Positions 1 to 8,388 of a stretch of DNA of 64,000 nt are shown here, piece after piece (position 1 is the first letter of the stretch; the number at the start of each line of letters is the position of its first letter). The notes under the pieces were generated by a model. It saw only the letters and a list, made by a program, of their open reading frames with translations. It was not told where the DNA came from and made no database searches. The translations under genes and the position numbers were made by a program. Source of the DNA: Acidobacterium sp. (GTDB lineage Bacteria > Acidobacteriota > Terriglobia > Terriglobales > Acidobacteriaceae); assembly GCA_003131625.1 (NCBI GenBank), contig PKVY01000103.1:25365-89364 (forward strand), given 5' to 3'.

Positions 1-1
1 G

Positions 2-736
2 GTGCTGGGAATTGCCGATCGGATTCAGGCGATCGTGGCGATGTTCTCGATTGGTCTGGAGCCGACAGGGTCGAAGGATCCGTTTGCGTTGCGGCGGGCA
101 GCGAACGCGATCGTGAAGATTCTGGCGGAGACGGGATTGCCGCTGGTGCGATCGGATCTGGTGAAAGCGGTGCCGGCGGACCTGAGCGAAGAAACGCTCA
201 CGAAGCTCGCGGCTTTCTTCGAGGAACGGCTGGTGTTCTGGCTGCGGGATCTGCGCGGCTTCGCGTACGACGTCGTGAATGCGGTGGTGGCGGTGCGCTC
301 CGACAATATGCGCGACGCCATTGCGCGGGCGGAGGCGCTGACGGCGGTGCGCGGGTCGGAGGACCTTGCGGCGATTGCCGCGGCGTTCAAGCGAATCAAG
401 AATATTTTGCGGCAGGCGGAAGAGAAGGGCGCTCTGCTTCCTGGACGGGCGGCGAGCGTGGCCAGCCCGGACTTATTGACGGACCCCGCGGAGCGTGGAC
501 TTCGCGCGGAAGCGATGAAGTTGGCTCCGGTGGTGGAGGAGCTGCGCCGGCGGCAGGAGTATCGGCAGGCGCTGGAGAAAATCGCGACGCTGCGGCCACA
601 CGTTGATCTGTTCTTCGACAAAGTGATGGTGATGGTCGACGACAAGGCGACGCGGGATAATCGCCTGGCGCTGATCAGCGAAGTGCTCAGTGCGTTTTCA
701 AGGATCGCCGATTTTTCTGAGCTGGTACACGCCTGA
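2..736 (+). CDS. glyS: glycine--tRNA ligase beta subunit, C-terminal part (5' end outside window)
   Basis: The frame is open from the window edge. The anticodon-binding-like region with 'KDPFALRRAANAIVKIL' is typical of the GlyS C-terminus. Confidence 0.75.
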   Translation: MLGIADRIQAIVAMFSIGLEPTGSKDPFALRRAANAIVKILAETGLPLVRSDLVKAVPADLSEETLTKLAAFFEERLVFWLRDLRGFAYDVVNAVVAVRSDNMRDAIARAEALTAVRGSEDLAAIAAAFKRIKNILRQAEEKGALLPGRAASVASPDLLTDPAERGLRAEAMKLAPVVEELRRRQEYRQALEKIATLRPHVDLFFDKVMVMVDDKATRDNRLALISEVLSAFSRIADFSELVHA

Positions 737-754
737 CGAGAGGCCAGACCCCGA

Positions 755-1450
755 GTGAAATCGCAGGGCAACACAAAGCGCAAACCGGAGCAGGTTTGGG
801 TAGCCGTCGAACACTACATCGACGGGCTGCTCATGCCCGCCGATCCGATTCTCGGTGCGGCGCTCGAGGACAGTGCCGAGGCGGGTTTGCCGGATATTGC
901 CGTAACGCCGGGCCAGGGCAAGCTGCTTTATCTGATGGCGAAGATGCAGGGTGCCAGAAAGATTCTCGAAATCGGTACGCTCGGCGGATACAGCACAATC
1001 TGGCTGGGGCGCGCGCTGCCCGCCGATGGTTTGCTGGTGACGCTGGAGGCGGAGCGCGAGCACTTTGAGGTAGCGCGGAAGAATCTGGCACGCGCCGGTC
1101 TGGCAAAAGTGGTCGATCAGCGGCTGGGGGAGGCGCTGGAGACGCTGCCGGAGTTGGCGGAGGAGGGCGGCGGACCCTTTGATTTCGTTTTCATCGATGC
1201 GGACAAGGAAAGCAGCCTGGAGTACTTCGAGTGGGCGCTACGGTTGTCGCGGCCGGGAGCGGCGATCCTGGTGGACAATGTGATCCGCGATGGCGACGTC
1301 GCCGATCCGGAGACAGAGGACCCGCGGGTGCAGGGGATTCGGCGACTGAACGAGGCGCTGGCGCGGGAGCCGCGGGTGAGCGCGACGACCATTCAGACGG
1401 TGGGCAGCAAGGGCTACGACGGATTTACGCTGATCCTTGTCGTTGGCTAA
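755..1450 (+). CDS. class I SAM-dependent O-methyltransferase (caffeoyl-CoA OMT-like)
   Basis: SAM motif 'LEIGTLGGYSTIWL' and 'FDFVFIDADKES' are typical of the Methyltransf_3 family. GTG start at 755. Confidence 0.8.
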   Translation: MKSQGNTKRKPEQVWVAVEHYIDGLLMPADPILGAALEDSAEAGLPDIAVTPGQGKLLYLMAKMQGARKILEIGTLGGYSTIWLGRALPADGLLVTLEAEREHFEVARKNLARAGLAKVVDQRLGEALETLPELAEEGGGPFDFVFIDADKESSLEYFEWALRLSRPGAAILVDNVIRDGDVADPETEDPRVQGIRRLNEALAREPRVSATTIQTVGSKGYDGFTLILVVG

Positions 1451-2445
1451 GGGATGACGACGGCGGCGCCGTCGATGGCGTCATTCGCGACAGCGAGCAG
1501 CGCGTCGTTGACCTGATCGAGGCGAAACAGCGTGGTGCGGGGGCGGATGCCGATCTTTGCGGCGAGAGCGACGAAGTCGCGGCCGTCCTGGCGGGTCATG
1601 TTGGCGACGCTGCGCAGCTGGCGCTCGCCCCAGAGCAGCGAGTCGTAGTCGAACTGCGGGATGCGGTCGAGGTGGATGGCGTTGATGGCGACGATGCCGC
1701 CTTTGCGCAAAGAGGCGAGCGCGGCGAGGACCACGTCGCCGCTGGGCGCGAAGGTGACGGCGGAGTCGAGGGGGACGGGCGGGCGCTCGGTTTCGTCGCC
1801 AACCCAGGTCGCGCCCATGGTGCGGGCGAGCTGCTGGTGCGACGCGCCGCGCGTGGAAACGTAGACGGCGCAATTCCAGGATTGGAGGACTTCGATGGCG
1901 AGGTGCGCCGATGCGCCGAAGCCGAAGAGTCCGACCCGGTCGCCGGGGGCAACTTCGGCGACGCGGAGGCTGCGGAAGCCGATGATGCCCGCGCAGAGAA
2001 GCGGGGCGAGGTCGGTGGCGGAGGTTTCTTCAGGGAGCGCGATGAGGAAGTCGGCGCGGGCAACGGCGTATTCCGCATAGCCGCCGTTGACGGAATAGCC
2101 AGTATAGGTGGGGTGGTCGCAGAGGTTTTCGCGGTTCTTGCGGCAGAGCGGGCAGGTACCGTCCACTCCGCCGAGCCAGGAGACGCCGGCGCGATGACCG
2201 ATGCGGACGGAGTCGACGCCGGAGCCGAGTTTCTCCACGCGACCGACGATCTGGTGACCGGGTGTGACGGCTTGGCGCAGAGGCGGTAGTTCTCCCGCAG
2301 TGATGTGGAGGTCGGTGCGGCAGACGCCGCAGGCCTCGACTTTGAGGAGGACCTGGCCGGGAGCGGGCTCGGGGATGGGTAGATCCTCAAGCGCCAGCGG
2401 GCGTGAGGCGATGGGAGCGGGATGGTGCAGGACGGCGGCGCGCAT
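1447..2445 (-). CDS. zinc-dependent alcohol dehydrogenase family oxidoreductase
   Basis: 'EACGVCRTDLH' and 'GHQIVGRVEKLG' zinc-ligand motifs, plus a Rossmann 'GLFGFGASAH'. The 3' end overlaps the convergent methyltransferase by 4 nt. Confidence 0.85.
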   Translation of the reverse strand: MRAAVLHHPAPIASRPLALEDLPIPEPAPGQVLLKVEACGVCRTDLHITAGELPPLRQAVTPGHQIVGRVEKLGSGVDSVRIGHRAGVSWLGGVDGTCPLCRKNRENLCDHPTYTGYSVNGGYAEYAVARADFLIALPEETSATDLAPLLCAGIIGFRSLRVAEVAPGDRVGLFGFGASAHLAIEVLQSWNCAVYVSTRGASHQQLARTMGATWVGDETERPPVPLDSAVTFAPSGDVVLAALASLRKGGIVAINAIHLDRIPQFDYDSLLWGERQLRSVANMTRQDGRDFVALAAKIGIRPRTTLFRLDQVNDALLAVANDAIDGAAVVIP

Positions 2446-2474
2446 TTGCTCTTAGAGTAGCGCCGGAAGGCGGT

Positions 2475-3464
2475 TCAGAGGCGGCGCAAGTCGTTCCACA
2501 ATTCTTCGCCGACCGGAAGGCCGAGGGCAAGATTCTCGGCGCGGGTTTTCAGGACCTGCCGGCCGGGATAGCGGACAGAGGCCCCGGATGCGAGCAGGGA
2601 CTCGACGATGGCGTCGGCTGCACGAGCGGATTCTTCGGCGGGTTGCAGCTTCGCCAGGCTCAGCGCGAGAAAGACCTGAGAAAGCCCAGTTTCTTTCACG
2701 GGATCGATGGGGATTTGGTGGGTCGCGAGCCCGCCAGAGAGCAAGGCGGCAACCATATCGAGCATCATGGCGAGCCCGGAGCCTTTCCAGTAGCCGATGG
2801 GCAGCGGCCGCTGCGAGGCTTCAATGGCGGCGGGATCGCGAGTGAGATGGCCCTCGGCGTCGAATCCGCCGTCGACGGGCAGGAGCTCGCCTTTCTGCTG
2901 GTACGTGGCGAGCGCACCATAGGAAAACTGCGACATCGCCATATCAAGGACAACGTGGCCCGCGGGACGCGGGACTGCGATGATGAGCGGATTGTTGCCG
3001 AGTGCGGCGACCGACGCGCCCCACGGTGGAAGATTGGCGAGGGTGTTAGTCCAGCAGAGGCCGATGACGCCGGCATCTGCGGCTTGCCAGCCATAGGCGC
3101 CGCCGCGCATCCAGTGGTTGGTATTGGCGAGCGCGACGCAGCCGATGCCGTGGTCACCGCTGAGTTCGATGGCTCTGGCCATCGCTGCCCATGCGTTGAG
3201 ATTGCCGGGACCGCGGCGCCCATCCCAGCGCTCGAGGGATCCGAACTGGTGGAGGCGCTCGGGGGTTGCATGGATGTCGACGGAACCGATGCGGATTGTG
3301 TCGAGGAAACGCGGGAAGCGCTCGACCCCGTGCGAGTAAACGCCGTCGCGCGTGGTTTCGGCGAAGAGGCGCGCGCAGTGCTCGGCGCGATTGGGCTCGA
3401 AGCCGGTGCGAACGAGAACGGCGGCGAGGGTGGACGCGAGTTCAGCGAAGGGAATGCGGAGCAT
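2475..3464 (-). CDS. Ldh2-family (malate/L-lactate/3-dehydro-L-gulonate type) dehydrogenase
   Basis: 'MLRIPFAEL...DGVYSHGVERFPRF' resembles Ldh_2 family N-termini. The start was moved to ATG 3464, which shares one base with the upstream TAA (TAATG). The longer ORF to 3587 would lie inside the upstream gene. Confidence 0.7.
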   Translation of the reverse strand: MLRIPFAELASTLAAVLVRTGFEPNRAEHCARLFAETTRDGVYSHGVERFPRFLDTIRIGSVDIHATPERLHQFGSLERWDGRRGPGNLNAWAAMARAIELSGDHGIGCVALANTNHWMRGGAYGWQAADAGVIGLCWTNTLANLPPWGASVAALGNNPLIIAVPRPAGHVVLDMAMSQFSYGALATYQQKGELLPVDGGFDAEGHLTRDPAAIEASQRPLPIGYWKGSGLAMMLDMVAALLSGGLATHQIPIDPVKETGLSQVFLALSLAKLQPAEESARAADAIVESLLASGASVRYPGRQVLKTRAENLALGLPVGEELWNDLRRL

Positions 3465-4840
3465 TATTGGAGGGGTTTCAGATCTTCGAAGGTGGTCGGG
3501 ATGAGCTCGGCGACGGTGGGATGAATGTGTACGGAATGGGTAAGCAGCGAGGCGGGCTGGCGTGCGTACATGGCGGTGAGGAGGCAATGGATGGCTTCGT
3601 CGCCGCCGGTGCCGAAGACGGTTGCGCCGAGGATGTGTTGAGTTTCGGCATCGACGAGAACTTTGATGTAGCCGAAGGTCTCACCTTTCTCGATGGCGCG
3701 GCTGATGCGGGTCATGGGACGCACGCCGATGAGCGCCGGCTTCTTTGTTGCGCGCACTTCGGCTTCGGACATCCCAATGCGAGCGAGCGGCGGGTCGATG
3801 TAGGTGGCATACGCAAAAATGCGGTCGCTGACGCGGCGTGAAGCGCCATGGAGGAGATTGTCGGCGACGATTTCGTAGTCGTTGTAGGAAGTGTGGGTAA
3901 ACGCGCCGCGGCCGTTGCAATCGCCGATGGCGAAGATGCCGGGAGTCGTGGTGCGGAGCTGATCATCGACGGGGATGTAGCCGCGCTCGTCGGGCGGGAT
4001 GCCGGCCGCGGGGAGGTTGAGGTCGTCGGTGTTGGGTATGCGCCCCACGGCGAGCAGCACATGCGAGCCAGTGGCGTGGGGTGCGCCTTCGTTGCACTCG
4101 ATGCCGACGGCGACTTCGTTCCCGCGCTTTTCGAGATGGATGCAGTTGGCGCTGACACGGACGTCGATGCCTTCGGAGACGAAAATTTCACGAATGACTT
4201 TGGAGGCATCTTCGTCTTCGTTCCCAGCGAGGCGGGGGTTCTTGTCGATGATGGTGACCTGAGAGCCGAAGCGGCGAAACATCTGGGCGAACTCGAGACC
4301 AACGGGGCCAGCGCCCACGACGATGAGGTGCTCGGGGAGTTTTTCGAGATCGAGGATGGTGGTGCTGGTGAGATACGGGACCGAATCGACGCCGGGCATT
4401 TTTGGGACGGCCGGGCGCGCTCCGACGTTGAGAAAGATTTTCGGCGCTTCGAGCAGATCGTCTCCGACGCGCATGGTGGTGGGCGATGCGAAGGAAGCCG
4501 TGCCGGTGAAGACGGTGCAGTTGGTGGTGGTGCGCAGATTCTTCTCGACGCCGTTACGAGCGCTGAGGATGATGGCGTCTTTGCGGGCCTTGACGGCGCG
4601 CATATCGACGGTGACGGGACCGGCGTGAATGCCGAAATCGGCGCCGCGGCGCGCGAGGTGAGCGGCGTGGGCGCTGGCAACCATGGCTTTGGTGGGGGTA
4701 CATCCGTTGTTGACGCAGGTGCCGCCGAAGAGATGACGTTCGACGGCGGCCACTTTCCAGCCGGCGCCGGCAAGGCGGGTGACCAGGGGAGGGCCGGCCT
4801 GGCCTGCGCCAACGACGATGGCATCGAAGGAGTATTTCAT
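3464..4840 (-). CDS. class I FAD-dependent pyridine nucleotide-disulfide oxidoreductase
   Basis: Has 'VVGAGQAGP' FAD fold, redox-active 'GGTCVNNGCTPTK' and a second dinucleotide fold 'VVGAGPVGLE'. No NmerA domain and no C-terminal Cys pair. Confidence 0.8.
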   Translation of the reverse strand: MKYSFDAIVVGAGQAGPPLVTRLAGAGWKVAAVERHLFGGTCVNNGCTPTKAMVASAHAAHLARRGADFGIHAGPVTVDMRAVKARKDAIILSARNGVEKNLRTTTNCTVFTGTASFASPTTMRVGDDLLEAPKIFLNVGARPAVPKMPGVDSVPYLTSTTILDLEKLPEHLIVVGAGPVGLEFAQMFRRFGSQVTIIDKNPRLAGNEDEDASKVIREIFVSEGIDVRVSANCIHLEKRGNEVAVGIECNEGAPHATGSHVLLAVGRIPNTDDLNLPAAGIPPDERGYIPVDDQLRTTTPGIFAIGDCNGRGAFTHTSYNDYEIVADNLLHGASRRVSDRIFAYATYIDPPLARIGMSEAEVRATKKPALIGVRPMTRISRAIEKGETFGYIKVLVDAETQHILGATVFGTGGDEAIHCLLTAMYARQPASLLTHSVHIHPTVAELIPTTFEDLKPLQ

Positions 4841-5295
4841 GCAAGCCTCACGGCGAAGATGGCAATCGCGATCGCGGCGATGTCTTCGAGAATCGCTGCG
4901 GGGAAATCGCGATGAAACGCGGCAGCCAGTTTGGCACGGGCCGCGGCGCCCCCCAGAGTCCCAGCGACGGCTCCAATGACGCCGAAGATGAGGCCGAGGA
5001 TGAGCTTTCCTCCAGAGGCTCCCACGGTGGCGCCGACCAGACCGCCGCTGAGGATGCGGATGACGAAGGGCACCAGTTGCTTGCGGCTGGGGGTGGTGGG
5101 CAGCTTGTCGACCACCAGTTCACACACAGCGAGGACGGTAAAGACGAGAACGGTGATTCTGTAAGTCATCAGGGCCATGAAAGTCTGTTCGATGTCGAGC
5201 AAGCCCAGGCGAGCGGACCAGCTGACGATTGCGGGGGCCAGCATGGAGCGAAGCCCTGCAACGAGGCCCACCAGGAAAGCGCAGAGAAGAAGCAT
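4837..5295 (-). CDS. DUF4126-like integral membrane protein
   Basis: 152 aa with about 4 hydrophobic helices. ATGA overlap with the downstream oxidoreductase start. Confidence 0.5.
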   Translation of the reverse strand: MLLLCAFLVGLVAGLRSMLAPAIVSWSARLGLLDIEQTFMALMTYRITVLVFTVLAVCELVVDKLPTTPSRKQLVPFVIRILSGGLVGATVGASGGKLILGLIFGVIGAVAGTLGGAAARAKLAAAFHRDFPAAILEDIAAIAIAIFAVRLA

Positions 5296-5348
5296 TCGAT
5301 CCTCCTGAATTGCCAGCAGACTGCCTTGTGGAGACTTCGTTTCTTTGG

Positions 5349-8339
5349 CTACTGGTAGTTACCGATCAGGACAAAGGGCGCCCAGTAATAAGGATGAGCA
5401 TAAGACGTGGCCTGGGTCGCGGGCTCCGGGACAACCTGGACGCCGCGGCCGGTTCCGGAATGCGCGGAGACGGATGAGCTGTGGAGAAAAGCAAGCTGGG
5501 CCTGGCGCAGGGCTTCGGCCTTGCCGATTGCGGGATCTTTGACCCAGCGCGCATAGAAGTCGCTCATGATGTGGCTGGTGCTGGCGTCGTTCACGTCCCA
5601 CAGCGTGGCGAGCACGGCTTCGGCGTCTTTTTGTTGGGCGACCATCCCTAGGCTGTCCATCTCGAGGCCGTCGTTGGCGGTGTCGCCTTTCGCGGTGCTG
5701 CAGGCGGAGAGGGTGAGCAAGCGCGTGCCATGAAAACTGACGACGGAGTTTTCAAGCTGCGAGAGGGTGAGGGGAAATCCCTGGGGGTCGCCTGCATCGT
5801 TGCCGCCGAGCATGAGCCAGGGCTCGGCTCCGCTGCCGGCTTCGAGGACGAAGTGACTCGCGATGTGGACGACGGGATAGCCGGAGCCGGGACCCAGCTG
5901 CGCTTTCAACGCTGCCCAGGTAAAGCGCTCATTGGGCAGAAGCGTGCCGTCGATGGGGCCGTGGGATTGGGGATCGGTGGGGTCGTGCACCACCGCGTCG
6001 AGCTCGGGGATGACGCCGGGCAGCGCGGGCAGGCCGCCATAGCTCTTCGACAAGCCCATGGCGAGGACGCGCAGAGGGGTTCTGTTAACGTCGGGGGCGC
6101 TCATGTGGCCGTAGCTTTCGGGCGTGAAGAGGACGTTGTTGAAGCGCTCGGCCATGTAACGGTGGCCGTCGAAGAGCGCGGCCATGGGCAGGTAGCGCAT
6201 GGCGCCGTCGAGGGACCAGAGCAGCGTGGGGACGCGGCCCTTGTCCAGGGGATTTCGCTCGAGCGCGGCGAGTTCGGGTTCGAGGGGCGCGATGACAATC
6301 GAGTACATTTCCGCGAGGTGGGGTTTGGGATCGGATGAGGGTGAGCGCAGTTCGGTGCGGAGCTGCTGCACTTTGTCGTTGAGCTCGGCGGGCGTGGCCT
6401 TCAGTTCATATTTTTGGCGTGACCGCGGGGTGATTACGATAGCGTAGGCGTGCTCGTCGCCGAGCAGGAGACGGATGCCGACGACGTGCGGGCCGAGGTC
6501 CGCCAGCGTGTTTTGCAGGCGGCTGACTTCTGATTTTTCCTCGCTGAGCAGGGCATTCGCGGCCTGGGTTCCGGCGTTCTGCGCCAATTCCGGATAGAGG
6601 CTCTTGCGGAAAAAGTCGGAAACGTCGGTGTTGCCGGATTCGATCTTCGCCTCCAGCGCCTTCATTCCCGCCTCTTCGGCGGGCGTGCGGTTGGGTTTGG
6701 CCAGCAGCGCCTCGTATTGCGCGCTCAGGTCGGTCAAGGCAACGGCGGCTTGTTCGTGAGCCGCCAAATCGGTCTCGACGTTTTGCTCGGCACGCGTGAG
6801 ACTGAGCGGCGTGGCGTGGGCGTCGGGATGATCCGCGGTCGCGAGAACGACTTCCTGCAGTTCCTGCTCCTTCAGCAGATCCATCACCTGTTCCGCTTCG
6901 CCCAGGCGGTTGGCCTCCAGCAGCAGCTCGGCCAGCATACGGTACGTTGCGGACTTCGATTGCGCAAACTGTTCCTGCAGGCTTTGATCGAGGCCGCTGA
7001 TATTGCGGCGCATCAGCTGATAGGCATTCACAGCTTCGGTGCCGAAGAAGATAGCTTCTTCAAGGCGATGCTGGGTGCGGAAATCGAGCATCATTGATGC
7101 TGCGATGCCACCCTCAAGGTCGGGATCGCCCGCTGCTTTCGCCAGGGAGATCGCCGCGAGTTTCTGGGGGAGTGCCTGGTCGAGCTTGCCCTGATCGGAC
7201 AAAACGCGGCCGATGCTGTTCAGAGCGAAGGCCTGGCCACGGCGGTCCTGCACGTCGCGCCAGGCTGCGAGCGCCTGATAATCGAAGTCGAGAGCCTTGT
7301 CACGCTCGCCGAGGTCGGCATATGCGCGGCCGATGTGATTGAGGGCGGCAGCCTGGCCGCGGCGATCCTGGGTTTCGCGCCAGATGACGAGGGCCTGGTT
7401 GTAGAAATCGAGCGCCGGTTGCGGCTGGCCCATCTCGACGTGGATTCTGCCGATGTCGTAGAGGGCGAGGGCTACGCCGCTGCGGTTACCGACTTGTTTC
7501 CAGAGGGGCAGCGCCTGGTTGTAGTAGTCGAGCCCCTGTTGTCTTTGGCCCAGATCGTCGTAAATGCGGCCGATGGCGTTCAGGGAGGCGGCTTCGCCTT
7601 CGGGATGGCCGAGTTCGCGCCAGAGCGGGAGCGCGGCCTGGTAGGACTCGAGGGCTTTCTCTTTCTCACCCAGGTTGGTGTAGGTTCTGCCGAGGTTATT
7701 GAGGGTCTGCGCCTCCCCGCCAATCTCGCCAACGGCGCGCCAAAGCGGAAGAGCCTGATTGAGATTGTCGAGGGCCTCCTGGCTGCGGCCCATATCGGAA
7801 TAGCAACGGCCGAGATTGTCGAGGGTGCTGGCTTCTCCGGCGCGATTGTTGGTTTGGCGCCACATGGGCAGCGCCCGATTGAGTACTTCAAGCGCCTTAT
7901 CGTGCTGGCCGAGGTCGTTATAGACGCGGCCCATGTTGTTCAGTGTGGAAGCTTCGCCCATCAGTATGTTGAGTTGACGCCAGACGGGGAGGATTTCGTT
8001 GAAGAGGTCGAGGGCTTTTTGTTCCTGGCCGAGATCGGTGAGGATGCGGCCTTCGACGTTTTTGCTCTGCGCCTGCTGGCCTTTGCTGGTTTCGATGGAC
8101 AAAGCCTGAGCGCAATAGTCGAGGCCCTTTTGCGGATCGCCCGCCTCGCGATAGAGGTTCGCGAGCGTGTTCAGCTCCGTCGCTTCTGTCCTGGTGTTAT
8201 GCGACGCACGCGCGTCAGAGAGCGCCTGTTCGTGTTGCGCGATCAGCCCGTGCAGCGCTCCGGGCTGCTGCGCGACGGCGGTTGCGCATAACAGGCCGAG
8301 ACAAACCGAGATTGTCTTCGCCGGATTCATCGTGACCAC
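5349..8339 (-). CDS. exported TPR-repeat protein with C-terminal CHAT (caspase-fold) protease domain
   Basis: Signal peptide 'CLGLLCATAVAQQ'. About ten repeats of 'EA.TLNNLGR.Y.DLG...ALD..NQALP.WR'. C-terminal His/Cys dyad context 'VVHIASHFV' and 'LTLSACSTAKG'. Alternative start at ATG 8330. Confidence 0.8.
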   Translation of the reverse strand: MVTMNPAKTISVCLGLLCATAVAQQPGALHGLIAQHEQALSDARASHNTRTEATELNTLANLYREAGDPQKGLDYCAQALSIETSKGQQAQSKNVEGRILTDLGQEQKALDLFNEILPVWRQLNILMGEASTLNNMGRVYNDLGQHDKALEVLNRALPMWRQTNNRAGEASTLDNLGRCYSDMGRSQEALDNLNQALPLWRAVGEIGGEAQTLNNLGRTYTNLGEKEKALESYQAALPLWRELGHPEGEAASLNAIGRIYDDLGQRQQGLDYYNQALPLWKQVGNRSGVALALYDIGRIHVEMGQPQPALDFYNQALVIWRETQDRRGQAAALNHIGRAYADLGERDKALDFDYQALAAWRDVQDRRGQAFALNSIGRVLSDQGKLDQALPQKLAAISLAKAAGDPDLEGGIAASMMLDFRTQHRLEEAIFFGTEAVNAYQLMRRNISGLDQSLQEQFAQSKSATYRMLAELLLEANRLGEAEQVMDLLKEQELQEVVLATADHPDAHATPLSLTRAEQNVETDLAAHEQAAVALTDLSAQYEALLAKPNRTPAEEAGMKALEAKIESGNTDVSDFFRKSLYPELAQNAGTQAANALLSEEKSEVSRLQNTLADLGPHVVGIRLLLGDEHAYAIVITPRSRQKYELKATPAELNDKVQQLRTELRSPSSDPKPHLAEMYSIVIAPLEPELAALERNPLDKGRVPTLLWSLDGAMRYLPMAALFDGHRYMAERFNNVLFTPESYGHMSAPDVNRTPLRVLAMGLSKSYGGLPALPGVIPELDAVVHDPTDPQSHGPIDGTLLPNERFTWAALKAQLGPGSGYPVVHIASHFVLEAGSGAEPWLMLGGNDAGDPQGFPLTLSQLENSVVSFHGTRLLTLSACSTAKGDTANDGLEMDSLGMVAQQKDAEAVLATLWDVNDASTSHIMSDFYARWVKDPAIGKAEALRQAQLAFLHSSSVSAHSGTGRGVQVVPEPATQATSYAHPYYWAPFVLIGNYQ

Positions 8340-8388
8340 TTTACTGCTCCGGGTTTCAGGGGGCGAGGCCCGCCGATTCAGATATGGA

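Noticed and set aside
3464-4840. Mercuric reductase (MerA) call for the CxxxxC flavoprotein
   Set aside because: It has no N-terminal HMA/NmerA domain and no C-terminal Cys-Cys pair (it ends ...FEDLKPLQ). There are no merR/T/P neighbours. I kept it as a generic class I disulfide oxidoreductase.
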